Below the pieces are notes generated by a model that had not been told where the DNA came from, did no database searches, and was given only the letters and a program-made list of their open reading frames with translations. DNA of 64,000 bases from positions 960,001 through 1,024,000 of the forward strand of contig CAVXXK010000001.1 of the NCBI GenBank assembly GCA_963765675.1. The letters are read 5' to 3'. Source of the stretch: an uncultured delta proteobacterium (lineage in GTDB: Bacteria; Desulfobacterota; Binatia; Binatales; Binataceae). The position numbers and the translations under genes were made by a program. Shown here in pieces: positions 48,152 to 59,455 of the stretch; the stretch's first letter is position 1, and each line of letters begins with the position of its first letter.

Positions 48152-49447
48152 CTAGTCTCGCGAGGCGACCTCGAGCGCGTCGTGCGCCACTGCCACGGTG
48201 CGATCGATATCATCATCGTTGTGCGCCGATGAAACGAACAGCGCCTCGAATTGCGACGGTGGGATATTGACGCCCCTTTCGAGCATCGCATGGAAGAATC
48301 GCGCGAACTTGGCGGTGTCGGATGTTCGCGCGTCGTTTGCGTTGCGGACCTGCAACGGCCCCAGGAACATCGTCAGCAACGAACCCGCACGATTGACGCA
48401 TCCGCGCTCTTCGCATCGCACCAGAGCCTCGCGAAGCCCGGCCTCCAGCCGCGCGCCCGCGGCCTCGAGCCGCTCATAGAAGCCGGCTTCGGTGAGCAGC
48501 TTCAGCGTCTCGATACCCGCACGCACCGAGAGCGGATTTCCGGAAAGCGTTCCTGCCTGATAGACCGGACCGTCCGGTGCGAGCAGATCCATCAATTTCG
48601 CGCCTCCGGCGACTGCGCCGACCGGCAATCCGCCGCCGATTATTTTTCCGAGCATGATCAAATCGGGTGCGATGCCGAGTTTCTCGCTTGCGGAGCCGAA
48701 GCTCAGGCGAAAGCCCGTAATCACCTCGTCGCAGATGAGCAGCGCACCGTTGCGATGCGCGATCGTTTCGAGTGCTTTCAGAAACCCGGTCTCGGGAAGA
48801 ACCACCCCCATGTTCGCGGCGATCGGCTCAACAATTATTGCTGCGATTCGATTGGGATTGTTCCTAAAGAGTTCTTCGACGCTCTCGATCGAGTTATAAG
48901 TCGCTACCATCGTGAGCGCTGCCAGCTCCGGCGGCACTCCGGCACTGTCGGGAACACCCAGCGTCATCCCTCCCGAACCCGCCCGCACCAGCATCGAGTC
49001 GCTATGCCCGTGGTAGCATCCATCGAACTTGATTATTCCCGAACGCCCGGTCGCGGCGCGCGCGATTCTGATCGCGGTCATACCGGCTTCGGTCCCGGAA
49101 CTGACCAGGCGAACTTTCTCCGCAACTGAGATCGCCGACGTGATGATCTCCGCTAGCTCGACCTCGAGCTCGGTCGAGGCGCCGAAGCCCAGACCGTCGC
49201 GCGCCTGTTTCGTGATCGCTTCGATTACCGCGGGATGCGCGTGGCCCGCGACGGCGGGACCATAGGAGCCCACGTAATCAAATAATTGATTGCCGTCGGC
49301 ATCAAAAAGGTATACGCCGCTGGCGCGCGCGACAAACCGCGGCGAACCACCGACAGCCTTCCATGCGCGCACCGGAGAATTCACCGCGCCGGGAATTATC
49401 TTGCGCGCGCGCGCGAATAATTCGCGTGACTTTTTATCAGAGAGCAT
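48152..49447 (-). CDS. hemL: Glutamate-1-semialdehyde 2,1-aminomutase
   Basis: VNSPVRA, SSGTEA, GCYHGH, DEVITGFR, GKIIGGGLP and YQAGTLSGNP. Confidence 0.96.
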   Translation of the reverse strand: MLSDKKSRELFARARKIIPGAVNSPVRAWKAVGGSPRFVARASGVYLFDADGNQLFDYVGSYGPAVAGHAHPAVIEAITKQARDGLGFGASTELEVELAEIITSAISVAEKVRLVSSGTEAGMTAIRIARAATGRSGIIKFDGCYHGHSDSMLVRAGSGGMTLGVPDSAGVPPELAALTMVATYNSIESVEELFRNNPNRIAAIIVEPIAANMGVVLPETGFLKALETIAHRNGALLICDEVITGFRLSFGSASEKLGIAPDLIMLGKIIGGGLPVGAVAGGAKLMDLLAPDGPVYQAGTLSGNPLSVRAGIETLKLLTEAGFYERLEAAGARLEAGLREALVRCEERGCVNRAGSLLTMFLGPLQVRNANDARTSDTAKFARFFHAMLERGVNIPPSQFEALFVSSAHNDDDIDRTVAVAHDALEVASRD

Positions 49448-49919
49448 CAAGCTTTTCCTGAGTGGCCAGCTAACATCGCGCGCCAATGCAGTCAAACGCG
49501 CATCCGATCGCACTTAATGCGCATGTGCGAAGAAAATCGCGATCGCGTACGATTGCTCCAGGAGCCATCGTGCCGGATCGTGTGATCGGAGCATGAATTC
49601 ACGCGCAACGACGACATCAAGTCGATCACAAAATTTTCTTTTCGATTCGCACTGATACACGATTCTCTGCACTCGCACTTGTCTGTAGTCGGGAAAGAGT
49701 TTATCACGTTGCCTTGGCCGCGAGACTTTTGTTCACGCACATTTTTTTGGAGCAAAGTTTTGGCGACCTTCGTGATCATCGATGGCTCTCAAGCGCACGC
49801 ACTTTGCCGTTGCTGTTCCAGAGAATTCAGAAACTGACAGAACCGTAAACCGCTCCAGCGAGTTGATAGCCGGGTGTTATCCGGCCCGAATCTGCTTTCA
49901 GAACGGACCAAAACCCTGC

Positions 49920-49939
49920 TTATCCACAGATGTGGACAA
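49920..49939. promoter_or_regulatory. Inverted pair of DnaA boxes upstream of dnaA
   Basis: TTATCCACA (49920-49928, perfect) and TGTGGACAA (49931-49939, one mismatch). Confidence 0.85.
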
Positions 49940-50027
49940 GCTTGTGCAGAAATGATCGCTGGTGGCGAACCGTGGTCGGTTCCGGACCGTGTCGAGTCGC
50001 GGCTCGGGGACTTGGGGAGGAGAACGA

Positions 50028-51434
50028 ATGAACGGGTTATGGCGCAAAGCCAATGACCGCTTGCGTGACGAACTTGGACAAGTTGGATTTGAAACCTGGA
50101 TCGGACCGCTGAGCTTTGTCGGACTACAAGGCCGAACAGTTACGATCGAGGCGCCCAACAGATTCTTCCGCGACTGGGTCAACGAACGCTACCTTTCGAT
50201 GCTGCAGAAGTCGCTCTCGGAGGAAGCGGGGGAGCCGGTCGAGGTCAAGCTGATCCTCGGCGAGGGCGCGGGCGTATCCGCGGCGCCGCCCAGTAACGGT
50301 AACGGCAACTCGAATGGGCACGGCAACGGCAGCAATGGCAACGGCCATCTTGCCGCCAGAGCATCCGCCGCACGCGAGCCGGTCCGCGCGGAGCGCCATC
50401 CGCAACTGAACCCGCGCTACACCCTGGCTGAGTTCGTGGTTGGCTCGGCTAATCAGTTCGCGCATGCGGCCGCGCTGGCGGTGGCTAATCAGCCGGGTGA
50501 CAAGTACAACCCGCTCTTCATCTACGGCGGAGTCGGCCTGGGCAAGACCCATCTGGTAACCGCGATCGGCCATCACATCTACGGCTGCGGAGATCGGCCG
50601 CGCAAAGTGCTGTTCATGCCGGCTGAAGTCTTCATGAACGAGCTAATCGGCTCGATTCGGCGGGACCGGATGAACGAGTTTCGCGAAAAGTTTCGCCTGG
50701 TCGATGCGCTGATCCTGGACGACATCCAGTTCCTGGCTGGCCGCGAGCGCACTCAGGAGGAATTCTTTCATACGTTCAACTCGCTGCATGCCGACCGGCA
50801 TCAGATCATCCTGACCTCGGACAAGGTGCCGCGCGAGATTCCGGGACTCGAGGAACGCCTGCGCAACCGGTTCGAATCCGGACTTATCGCCGATATCGCG
50901 CCGCCCGACCTCGAGACTCGCGTTGCGATCGTGCAGAAGAAGGCCGCACTGGACAATTTGCATCTCGCGCAGGACGTCGCGCTCTATATTGCACAGAGCA
51001 TCCAGTCCAACGTCCGCGAGCTCGAAGGATGCCTGACCCGGCTCGGAGCGTTGGCGTCGCTCAGCAAGTCCGCGATCACGCTGGACTTCGCGCGGCAGGC
51101 GCTGCACGATCTGATCCGTAATCACGAAGCCAAGCCCGACGTCGAAATGATCCAGAAAACGGTGTCGGATTTCTTTCATATCCGGCTGATCGACCTCAAA
51201 TCGAAAAAACGAACCCAGCACATCGCCTTTTGCCGACAAGTAGCGATGTACCTGTGCCGCAAGCTGACCGCCAGCTCGTTTCCCGTAATCGGCGAGGCGT
51301 TTGGCCGCGACCATTCTACGGTCATCCATGCACACAACCTGATTCAGCGGCGCGTGACCAACGACTCGGCGTTTAGGCTCTCGATCGAGAAGATCGAACG
51401 CGATCTAAAAGCGATCCGCGCTAATGCCGCTTGA
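50028..51434 (+). CDS. dnaA: Chromosomal replication initiator DnaA
   Basis: [39 protein letters not shown] and RDHSTV. Confidence 0.98.
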   Translation: MNGLWRKANDRLRDELGQVGFETWIGPLSFVGLQGRTVTIEAPNRFFRDWVNERYLSMLQKSLSEEAGEPVEVKLILGEGAGVSAAPPSNGNGNSNGHGNGSNGNGHLAARASAAREPVRAERHPQLNPRYTLAEFVVGSANQFAHAAALAVANQPGDKYNPLFIYGGVGLGKTHLVTAIGHHIYGCGDRPRKVLFMPAEVFMNELIGSIRRDRMNEFREKFRLVDALILDDIQFLAGRERTQEEFFHTFNSLHADRHQIILTSDKVPREIPGLEERLRNRFESGLIADIAPPDLETRVAIVQKKAALDNLHLAQDVALYIAQSIQSNVRELEGCLTRLGALASLSKSAITLDFARQALHDLIRNHEAKPDVEMIQKTVSDFFHIRLIDLKSKKRTQHIAFCRQVAMYLCRKLTASSFPVIGEAFGRDHSTVIHAHNLIQRRVTNDSAFRLSIEKIERDLKAIRANAA

Positions 51435-51650
51435 TGTGGAGAAAATTGTGGAACGCTTCTGGATAACTTGGCTCAAAACTGGAGGCTCGTCGGTCAGGCA
51501 CGGATCGCAAGGATCGAGACGGTAAACCGCCGACAACTTGTACCATCACGATTCACGTTGAAAATCAGACACTTGATGGAGTACTCAACAAATCAACACC
51601 CTCTACGGGTCTTACTGATCTTTTAATTTAAGATCTCTTAAGAAGAATAG
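51435..51650. other. Probable oriC unwinding region (dnaA-dnaN intergenic)
   Basis: DnaA-box-like TGTGGAGAA, TGTGGAACG and TCTGGATAA; tandem TACTCAACA-AATCAACAC followed by an AT-rich stretch (51612-51650). Confidence 0.7.
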
Positions 51651-51669
51651 CAGGCAGGACGGAAACTTC

Positions 51670-52812
51670 ATGGGATTGGTAATTGACCGCGGAGCTTTGC
51701 AGACCGCGCTCGCGATGATGCAGGGGATCGTCGAACGGCGGACAACGGTGCCAATCCTCGGGCACGTTCTTCTGGAACCCGGAAGCGGGAGTCTAAAGCT
51801 TAGCGCAACCGACCTGGAAGTCGGAATTTGCACCGAAATCGCCGCGCGCACCGCCAAGGACAAGAGCATCACGCTCAACGCGCGAAAACTTTTCGAAATC
51901 GTGCGCGAGGCTGAAGGCGACGAGGTCAAACTCGACACCTTGGACAATGATTGGGTCGAGCTAAAATGCGGGCGCGCAAAATTCAAAATGATGGGCCTCG
52001 ATCCGCGCTCGTTCCCGGCGATGCCGAGCCAGAGCACGACGAAAGCTGACGGCGCAGCGGCAAAAAAAACGCTCAAGGCGGAGCTTGGAATCGCCTCGAG
52101 CGTGCTGGCTTCGATGATCGACAAGACGGTCTTCTCCGTCAGCCCCGATGAAGCACGTTACAACTTAAGCGGCGTTTATCTCGAAGCTGCTGGTCCGGGA
52201 GGAGTCCGGATGGTCGCGACCGACGGGCATCGCCTCTCGATGGTCGAGCGGGAAGCGCCGGGCTTCAGCATGGAAGGCGGCGCAATTATCCCGCGCAAAG
52301 GTCTGCAGGAGCTGCGCAAGATTCTCGATCAGACTGGCGATCAGGACGTGAAACTTTCGCTCAACGGCCAGCTTGCTTATATGAAGCGCGGCTCGACCGA
52401 GGTTTCGATGCGGCTGGTCGAGGGCGAATTTCCCGATTATCGTGGGGTGATTCCGAAAGAATCGAAGCACGCGATCGGGGTTGATCGCGACGCGCTGTTC
52501 GCGGCGATCAAACGAGCGGCAATTTTTTCGAACGAGCGCTATCACGGCGTAAAGTTCGCGCTCACCTCTGGCACTCTGACGGTTTCGTCGACCAGTCCAG
52601 AGACGGGTGAGGCGAGCGAATCGCTCGACGTTGATTTCAGGGGCGAAGAGTTCGCGATCGGATTCAACGCGAACTATCTGCGCGATGTTCTCGGCGTGAT
52701 TCCATCGGGCAACAAGGTCGAGCTCGGACTCAGCGACGACGTAAGCCCGGGCGTCGTGAAAACCGAAGCGGACACGAAATTTACCTACGTCGTGATGCCG
52801 ATGCGCCTGTAG
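51670..52812 (+). CDS. dnaN: DNA polymerase III beta clamp
   Basis: ATDLE, VATDGHRL, FPDY and VVMPMRL. Confidence 0.97.
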   Translation: MGLVIDRGALQTALAMMQGIVERRTTVPILGHVLLEPGSGSLKLSATDLEVGICTEIAARTAKDKSITLNARKLFEIVREAEGDEVKLDTLDNDWVELKCGRAKFKMMGLDPRSFPAMPSQSTTKADGAAAKKTLKAELGIASSVLASMIDKTVFSVSPDEARYNLSGVYLEAAGPGGVRMVATDGHRLSMVEREAPGFSMEGGAIIPRKGLQELRKILDQTGDQDVKLSLNGQLAYMKRGSTEVSMRLVEGEFPDYRGVIPKESKHAIGVDRDALFAAIKRAAIFSNERYHGVKFALTSGTLTVSSTSPETGEASESLDVDFRGEEFAIGFNANYLRDVLGVIPSGNKVELGLSDDVSPGVVKTEADTKFTYVVMPMRL

Positions 52813-52818
52813 CGCGCG

Positions 52819-54576
52819 CTAGTTTTTCAGCGGAACCCGGGAATCGGCGCCGATCTTTAGCAGTACAACTTTGTTGCGAGCCTGCTCGGTCGTTTCCCAA
52901 GGGAACGACGCTTCGTGCAGAAGCTCTGTCGCTGAAATTCCAAGTGATGGCACATCGCGGCGACGAACGATTATCCAGCGAACATCATCGTTTGCCAGCG
53001 CACTCTTCAAATCCTCCGGATGGTCGAACTCCGGCAGCGGAGCGGGCGGATTTAAATAGAATAGTGGCCCTTCGGTTCGATAAAGGACCAGATGGCTGGT
53101 GTCGCCGCCCAAAAGTTGAAGCGTTTGCAGCCCGAAAGGTTTCTCACCGCGATATGCGTCCGCTGCCGGCATCGCGAACACATAGATGTACAACATGACG
53201 CAGTAAGCAATGACTCCCATCGAGACTGCGACCCGCGCGGGTCGATAACTCCGCAGCACATAGACGATACTCACGACGCTGATGATCCAGGCGATCGCGA
53301 AGAACACTCGATCGGGCGCCGCCGGAAACAGAGCCATCTGGCCACGCAGGATCATCGAAGGCGGCAGAAGCACTACGATACCCAAAATCGTGGCGATCGC
53401 TGTCAGGCCATAACCGATCGCGAGCAGGGTCCGCGACCATCGTGATCTGAGCATATCGCCAGCCAGGATTCTTGCGACAAGCAACGCGCCAGCCGGAAGT
53501 ATCGGCAGGATGTAATAGCTGCGGCGTGATCCTGAAATCGTATAAAAAACGAAAGTCGCCCAGAAATAGACCAGAGCGAAACGATCACTACGAGCGGGCT
53601 CGATATGTTCGCGCCGGCGCTGATGCGCTTCGACCAACGCTGCCGGCAGTAGCATCGCCCACGGCGCCATGAGCGCGAAAATCACATAAACATAAAGATA
53701 GACCGGACCGCGATGGTCGAACGGATGGAAGAAGCGCACCACGTTTTCGCGCCAAACCATCTGCAGGCCCTTGTCCGAGCCCTCGACCTGCTTCGAGAAC
53801 CAGAACGGGAACGAGTAGAGCGCGATTCCGATCGCGATCGCCGGGATCGTTTTCCAGTTGAACAGCCATCGATTGCGCTCGATTACCCATCGGACGCGCG
53901 AACTGATCGCGCCGTGCCGGATAGCGTCGCCGAATACGCGCCGTCCCTCGGCGAGTGTGCAGTACAACCCAATCACCATGATTGGCAAAACGAAGCCAAG
54001 CAGCCCCTTGGTCAGCGACGTGAGCGCCATGATGATCCAGAGTCCTACGACCCACCATCCGTCCTGCCGTTCTTCAAATTTCAGAAAGAGCAACAATGCG
54101 GCGAGCTCGCCTGTGAGCGTTTCGACGTCGGCAGAGGCGTTGCGTGAAAAAAACACGAAACTGAAGCTGGTCGCCAGGATTACTCCGGCGACAATCGCGG
54201 TGCGCGAGTCGTACAGGCGCCGCGCTAGCATCATCAGGAGCGCGACACCGAGCACGCCGGCGATAGCGCATGGCAATCGTGCCGCGAGCTCGTTCATCCC
54301 GCCGGAAAGGTAGGTGGACCAGATGACGAGCCAGTAAGAGCCGAGCGGCTTGTCGTAATAGACGCGGCCGTTGATGGTCGGCCAGAAGTAGTTGTGCGTC
54401 GCCAGCATCTCTCGCGCGATCTCTGCCCACCGGAATTCCGACGACCATAGCGCGCGGGAGCCCAAGCGGGCGAAAAACAAAATCGCCGACAGCGCGAGAA
54501 TCGCGAAGAACCATCGGCGCCAAAAGGAATCGGCTGACGCGATTGGGTCACGGGGAATCGTTGGGCTGGAACTCAT
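52819..54576 (-). CDS. ArnT/PMT-like membrane glycosyltransferase
   Basis: [29 protein letters not shown] and RRSYYILP. Confidence 0.88.
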   Translation of the reverse strand: MSSSPTIPRDPIASADSFWRRWFFAILALSAILFFARLGSRALWSSEFRWAEIAREMLATHNYFWPTINGRVYYDKPLGSYWLVIWSTYLSGGMNELAARLPCAIAGVLGVALLMMLARRLYDSRTAIVAGVILATSFSFVFFSRNASADVETLTGELAALLLFLKFEERQDGWWVVGLWIIMALTSLTKGLLGFVLPIMVIGLYCTLAEGRRVFGDAIRHGAISSRVRWVIERNRWLFNWKTIPAIAIGIALYSFPFWFSKQVEGSDKGLQMVWRENVVRFFHPFDHRGPVYLYVYVIFALMAPWAMLLPAALVEAHQRRREHIEPARSDRFALVYFWATFVFYTISGSRRSYYILPILPAGALLVARILAGDMLRSRWSRTLLAIGYGLTAIATILGIVVLLPPSMILRGQMALFPAAPDRVFFAIAWIISVVSIVYVLRSYRPARVAVSMGVIAYCVMLYIYVFAMPAADAYRGEKPFGLQTLQLLGGDTSHLVLYRTEGPLFYLNPPAPLPEFDHPEDLKSALANDDVRWIIVRRRDVPSLGISATELLHEASFPWETTEQARNKVVLLKIGADSRVPLKN

Positions 54577-54723
54577 CGCGGGAAATTCTATCCGTCGGCG
54601 GCGCATCGCCGCCATACTGCCGCGCAGATTACGCCGACTCCGCGTGGCGCCATCGGCAGGTGCGTGCTAGCGTCGAAAAGGCGCGCACGCATCACGATCA
54701 ACCCTCAATTCGAGCTGATTCAC

Positions 54724-56817
54724 ATGAGCGAACATCACGACGACTCTGCGCATTCCGCGCGAGGCAAAGCCAATCGCCTGATTAACGAGCAGAGTCCCTA
54801 TCTGCGGCAGCATGCGCACAATCCCGTCGATTGGTATCCTTGGTGCGCCGAGGCGTTCGCGCGCGCGAAGGCCGAAAACAAACCGATCCTGCTCTCGATC
54901 GGATATTCGGCGTGCCATTGGTGCCATGTGATGGAGCGCGAGTCGTTCGAGAACGACGCGATCGCCGCGTTGATGAACGAGAATTTCGTGTCGATCAAAG
55001 TCGATCGCGAAGAGCGGCCCGACCTCGATCAGATTTACATGGACGCGGTGCAGATGATCACCGGACGCGGCGGATGGCCGCTCACCATGTTCTTGACGCC
55101 CGATGCGAAGCCATTTTTTGGCGGCACCTATTGGCCGCCCGAGGATCGGCAGGGAATGCCGGGGTTTCCCAAGGTTCTCATAGCGGTCGCTAACGCATAT
55201 CGCAACGGCGCACACGAGGTTTCGCACAACGTCGAGAAGCTGGGCGCCGCGCTTGGCGCGCTTTCAGAATACGAACCCAAAGAGGGCGAGCTGCGTCGTG
55301 ACCAAGCGGTGGTTGCCGCGCGCGCGTTGGCGGGAGCATACGACAGCGTCAACGGCGGAATCGGCGGTGCGCCGAAATTTCCCAACACCTTCGTCTTCTC
55401 GCTTTTCCTTCGCGTGTTCGACGGCGAAGGCGACGAAGCGATGGGCGAGATCGTGCGGCATACGCTCAAGAAGATGGCGCGCGGCGGAATCTATGATCAG
55501 ATTGGCGGCGGATTTCATCGCTACAGCGTTGACGAGCGATGGCTGGTGCCGCACTTCGAGAAAATGCTCTACGACAATGCGCAGCTTGCGGTGCTTTATG
55601 CCGACGCGGGGCGCGCGCTCAACGAACCCGAGTTCCTCGACGTCGCGCGCGATATCCTGAACTATATTCTGCGCGAAATGACCAGTCCCGAGGGCGGATT
55701 CTACTCGAGCCAGGACGCGGACAGCGAAGGCGTCGAGGGCAAATTCTTTGTCTGGGAACCGGAAGAAGTCGAGGACATCCTGGGCGCGGAGTTGACGGAA
55801 ATAGCCGAGCGATATTTCGATATCAGCGTCGAGGGCAACTTCGAGGGCGAGAATATCCTGCATCGCACGCTCGAAATCGGAGATGCGGCACGGATGTTTC
55901 ACAAATCCGAGGCCGAGATCGAAGCCAATTTGCGAACGATTCGCGAAAAGCTGTTTGCCGCGCGCGAAAAGCGGGTGCATCCGGGCCGCGACGACAAGAT
56001 CCTAACCGCGTGGAACGCGATGACGATCTCCGCGTTTGCGATTGGCTATCGCGCGCTTCACGAGCTGCGCTTCCTCGAAGCCGCGCAGCGTGCAGCCAAT
56101 CTGATCATGACGAAGATGTGGGACGGGCACGCGCTCAAGCGTTCGTACAAGGACGGAGCCGCGCGCTTCAACGCTTATCTCGAGGATTACGCGCTGCTCG
56201 CGGGCGCGATGATCGATCTATACGAAGCCTCGCTCGACGCGCGTTACCTCGATCATGCGCGCACGCTCGCCGCCGTCATCCTCGATCGGTTCATCGATCG
56301 CGCCAAGGGCGGCTTCTACTTCACCTCCGACGATCACGAGGCGCTCATCACGCGCAGCAAGGCGGCCTTCGACGGCTCGACGCCTTCGGGCAATAGCGCG
56401 GCGGTAACGGCCCTTCTGCGGCTTTTCGAGTACACCGGCGAGGACCAGTACCGAATCGAGGCCGAGCGGGCTCTGAAGCTGTTTCGCGAGTTTATTGAGA
56501 AGCAGCCGTTTGGATTTTCGCACATGCTCGAGGCGGTCGATCTGTATCATCGCGGCGCAACTGAGGTTGTGATCGTGGGCGAGCGAGATTCGCCGGAGTT
56601 TCGCGAATGGGTCGAGCGTTTGGGTTTGCTCTACGTTCCGAATCTCGCGATCTTCGCCGCCGATCCGTCGGCTGCGTCTGCGTCGGGTTTTTTGCCCGAG
56701 CAGATTCGCGGAAAGAAGCAGGTTAACGGCAAGATCACCGCGTACGTCTGCCGCGATCGCACCTGCACAACGCCGATAACGGAATTCAAGGCGCTGGAGA
56801 GCGAACTGCTCGGGTGA
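54724..56817 (+). CDS. Thioredoxin-domain protein YyaL/SSP411 (DUF255)
   Basis: [28 protein letters not shown] and [12 protein letters not shown]. Confidence 0.93.
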   Translation: MSEHHDDSAHSARGKANRLINEQSPYLRQHAHNPVDWYPWCAEAFARAKAENKPILLSIGYSACHWCHVMERESFENDAIAALMNENFVSIKVDREERPDLDQIYMDAVQMITGRGGWPLTMFLTPDAKPFFGGTYWPPEDRQGMPGFPKVLIAVANAYRNGAHEVSHNVEKLGAALGALSEYEPKEGELRRDQAVVAARALAGAYDSVNGGIGGAPKFPNTFVFSLFLRVFDGEGDEAMGEIVRHTLKKMARGGIYDQIGGGFHRYSVDERWLVPHFEKMLYDNAQLAVLYADAGRALNEPEFLDVARDILNYILREMTSPEGGFYSSQDADSEGVEGKFFVWEPEEVEDILGAELTEIAERYFDISVEGNFEGENILHRTLEIGDAARMFHKSEAEIEANLRTIREKLFAAREKRVHPGRDDKILTAWNAMTISAFAIGYRALHELRFLEAAQRAANLIMTKMWDGHALKRSYKDGAARFNAYLEDYALLAGAMIDLYEASLDARYLDHARTLAAVILDRFIDRAKGGFYFTSDDHEALITRSKAAFDGSTPSGNSAAVTALLRLFEYTGEDQYRIEAERALKLFREFIEKQPFGFSHMLEAVDLYHRGATEVVIVGERDSPEFREWVERLGLLYVPNLAIFAADPSAASASGFLPEQIRGKKQVNGKITAYVCRDRTCTTPITEFKALESELLG

Positions 56818-56830
56818 TCGGATTTTCACT

Positions 56831-57754
56831 GTGACCCTCGAGCATCCGTATGCGCCCATCGTTCGCAATCAGCCCTCGCGGAAAAGAAGCGGACCGATCC
56901 GCGCGGTCGCGTTCAACGCCGCAGGAGGGGCCCGCGTCGAGGAAATTGCACGGTGCCTCTCGCTTCCTCCTCTCAAAGACGCGTCGATAGTCCTGCTTTG
57001 CGAAGCCGATTGGCGCACCGCGCGCTCCGGGCGGCGCGAAGTCGCATCGGAGCTGGCCTCGATGCTCGGGATGAGCATGGCCTATCTGCCGGAGTTCACC
57101 CGGCCGATTGGCGGCGCGCACTCGAATGACCGCGCATGCATGGGCAACGCGATCCTCTCGACGGCGCCGCTAGAGGACATTCGTGCGATCGCGATGCCCG
57201 ATCCTCATCCGGAAAGCGCCAAGAGCCTGCGCCGCGACTACGTCGGCGGCTTTGCGGGTCTTGCGGCGCGCGCGACGTTCGCAACCGAATCGATCTGGAT
57301 CGGCGTCGCGCATTTGCACAGCCGATGCGCTCCTGCGGGACGCGCGGCGCAGATGGCGGCCTATCTGAACGACTTTCCTAAGAATGGTCCTGCGATTTTC
57401 GGCGGCGATCTGAATTCCACGACCGCGGAGCTGATGCGTCCGGCGTCATTCGCGCGTGTATTCGCGACGATGCTGCTAAATCCGCGGCGATTCAAGAATC
57501 CGCAGAGTTACGAGCCGATGTTCGCGAATCTGGCGGCGGCGGGATTCGAGGTCGACGGCGCGAACGCGCTCGGCCGTCCGACGTTCACGTTTTCGCGCGC
57601 AATTCCCTCGATATTTCGTCCGCGGCTGGACTGGATCGCCCTGCGCGGTGTGTGTCCGGTACCGGATAGCGCGCAGGTCGTCGCGGCGCGGAGATCATTC
57701 GGGCCGCGGCGATTTTCGGATCACGACTTTATCACCGTGGCGATGGAAATTTAG
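56831..57754 (+). CDS. Endonuclease/exonuclease/phosphatase (EEP) family protein
   Basis: GNAILS, HL, GGDLN, LDWI and SDH. Confidence 0.88.
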   Translation: MTLEHPYAPIVRNQPSRKRSGPIRAVAFNAAGGARVEEIARCLSLPPLKDASIVLLCEADWRTARSGRREVASELASMLGMSMAYLPEFTRPIGGAHSNDRACMGNAILSTAPLEDIRAIAMPDPHPESAKSLRRDYVGGFAGLAARATFATESIWIGVAHLHSRCAPAGRAAQMAAYLNDFPKNGPAIFGGDLNSTTAELMRPASFARVFATMLLNPRRFKNPQSYEPMFANLAAAGFEVDGANALGRPTFTFSRAIPSIFRPRLDWIALRGVCPVPDSAQVVAARRSFGPRRFSDHDFITVAMEI

Positions 57755-57825
57755 CCGGGCCACGAGCGCTTGGGCGCTGTGGGCTCGATCACCTACAATT
57801 GCGCGCGCTCCGGAGGTCAGTCGCT

Positions 57826-58926
57826 ATGGCTTCAACATTTGACGGACTCGGCATGCATCTCGGCACATTGTCGCGCCTCTCGAACGCGGAGTCGCGCTCG
57901 ATAAGTCCCGAGAATCCGACGGGCGAAAAAGGCAAAGGCGCGATGGCCGAGCCGGATCTCGCGACCAGCCCGGCGCGCAGTCTCGGGCGCGGATGGAAAG
58001 TGCGGCCGTACATCATTATCCAGCCTGGTGAGACCGCGACGCTTGCGGATATCGCGGGGCAGGGGGCGATCCAGCAAATCTGGATGACGCCGACGGGTCC
58101 GTGGCGCGCGTCGATTCTGCGGATCTACTGGGATAACGCGGCCGCGCCCGCGGTCGAATGTCCGGTGGGAGATTTTTTTGCCTGCGGATGGAATCGCTAT
58201 GCGCAAATCTCCTCGCTCGCGGTGTGCGTCAACCCCGGCAGCGCGTTCAATTGCTACTGGGAGATGCCGTTTCGGAACCGCGCGCGAATCACGATGACCA
58301 ATATCGGCGCGGCGCCGATGATCCTGTTTTATCAAATCAACTACACGCTGACCGAGGTGCCTGCCGACGCCGCCTGTTTTCACGCGCAGTTCCGGCGCGT
58401 TAATCCATTGCCGGAAAAAGAAGTCGTTACGATCCTCGACGGCGTGCGGGGACACGGACATTACGTCGGCACCTACCTCGCGTGGGGCGTGCATAACAAC
58501 GGATGGTGGGGCGAGGGCGAGATCAAATTTTTTCTTGACGGCGACGGCGAGTTCCCGACGATCTGCGGCACCGGCACGGAAGATTATTTTGGCGGGTCAT
58601 ATAATTTCGACGTCGGCCGCGAAAATGGCGGCTACCGCGAATTTACGACGCCATACTCGGGGCTGGCGCAGGTGATTCGTCCCGACGGGCTTTACCAATC
58701 GCAGATGCGATTCGGGATGTACCGATGGCATATCGGCGATCCGGTACGGTTCCAGCGCGAGCTTCGTGTGACGATCCAGGCGCTCGGATGGAAAGGCGAC
58801 CCGCGCAAGGGCGCCGAGTTCCTGCTGCTGCGCGACGATATCGCCTCGGTCGCCTACTGGTATCAAACACTACCCGCCGCGCCGTTCCCGGCGCTACCAT
58901 CGGCGGACGCACTGCGCATCGACTGA
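57826..58926 (+). CDS. DUF2961 / glycoside hydrolase family 172 protein
   Basis: RSISPENPTGEKG, WWGEGEIKF, GTGTEDYF and YRWHI. Confidence 0.9.
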   Translation: MASTFDGLGMHLGTLSRLSNAESRSISPENPTGEKGKGAMAEPDLATSPARSLGRGWKVRPYIIIQPGETATLADIAGQGAIQQIWMTPTGPWRASILRIYWDNAAAPAVECPVGDFFACGWNRYAQISSLAVCVNPGSAFNCYWEMPFRNRARITMTNIGAAPMILFYQINYTLTEVPADAACFHAQFRRVNPLPEKEVVTILDGVRGHGHYVGTYLAWGVHNNGWWGEGEIKFFLDGDGEFPTICGTGTEDYFGGSYNFDVGRENGGYREFTTPYSGLAQVIRPDGLYQSQMRFGMYRWHIGDPVRFQRELRVTIQALGWKGDPRKGAEFLLLRDDIASVAYWYQTLPAAPFPALPSADALRID

Positions 58927-58945
58927 AGCGCGTCGCAGGTGGCAA

Positions 58946-59227
58946 CTATGCTGCTTGCAGCTTGATGATGGGACGCGAGTGGGTTGCCTTTGCGAATTTG
59001 AGAAGCGTATTCACGCTGGGCATCTGAGCGCCGCTCTCGAGCCGGGCAATCGCCGATTGCGTCGTACCCATACGGTCTGCCAATTCCGTCTGCGTCAATC
59101 CTGCCCGCAGACGAGCGCCGATCAATTCATGCGCGAGGCTGAATTCGTCGCCCAGCGCGTCATAGGCGACGCGGACAGTGCGGTCGGAGAGCATCTTCGT
59201 TTTGATTGAATGGAAACTCTTCTTCAC
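58946..59227 (-). CDS. XRE/HigA-type HTH antitoxin
   Basis: ARLRAGLTQTELADRMGTTQSAIARLESG; its GTG start overlaps the toxin-remnant stop (GTGA). Confidence 0.88.
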   Translation of the reverse strand: MKKSFHSIKTKMLSDRTVRVAYDALGDEFSLAHELIGARLRAGLTQTELADRMGTTQSAIARLESGAQMPSVNTLLKFAKATHSRPIIKLQAA

Positions 59228-59361
59228 GGCACGATCTCCTTGCTGCGGCTGAGCGCTATTTCGATAGCGTGTCGGGGCGTCTTTTGCGTCTTCTTCACAA
59301 AGGCGTGAAGCATCATTAAGCGTTGCCCTGACGCTGCCGTGTAAATGACACGACCGATACC
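59224..59361 (-). pseudogene. 5'-truncated RelE/HigB (Gp49-like) toxin
   Basis: Manual translation GIGRVIYTAASGQRLMMLHAFVKKTQKTPRHAIEIALSRSKEIVP*; an in-frame TAG lies 8 codons upstream with no start in between. Confidence 0.8.
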
Positions 59362-59367
59362 GGTTGT

Positions 59368-59386
59368 AATATAGCAGATTTGCTAT
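59368..59386 (-). promoter_or_regulatory. TA operator palindrome overlapping a -10-like box
   Basis: ATAGCA-GATT-TGCTAT (59371-59386) and minus-strand TATATT (59373-59368). Confidence 0.6.
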
Positions 59387-59455
59387 GTAGGGAAGGTCGT
59401 TTCCAGCGCGAAGCGCAGCTTTACTTGCGCGCTACGCTTCGGTTGAACTTGTGCG

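Noticed and set aside
49492-49779. 95-aa ORF or rpmH upstream of dnaA
   Set aside because: No L34 motif and atypical composition; likely non-coding origin/promoter DNA.
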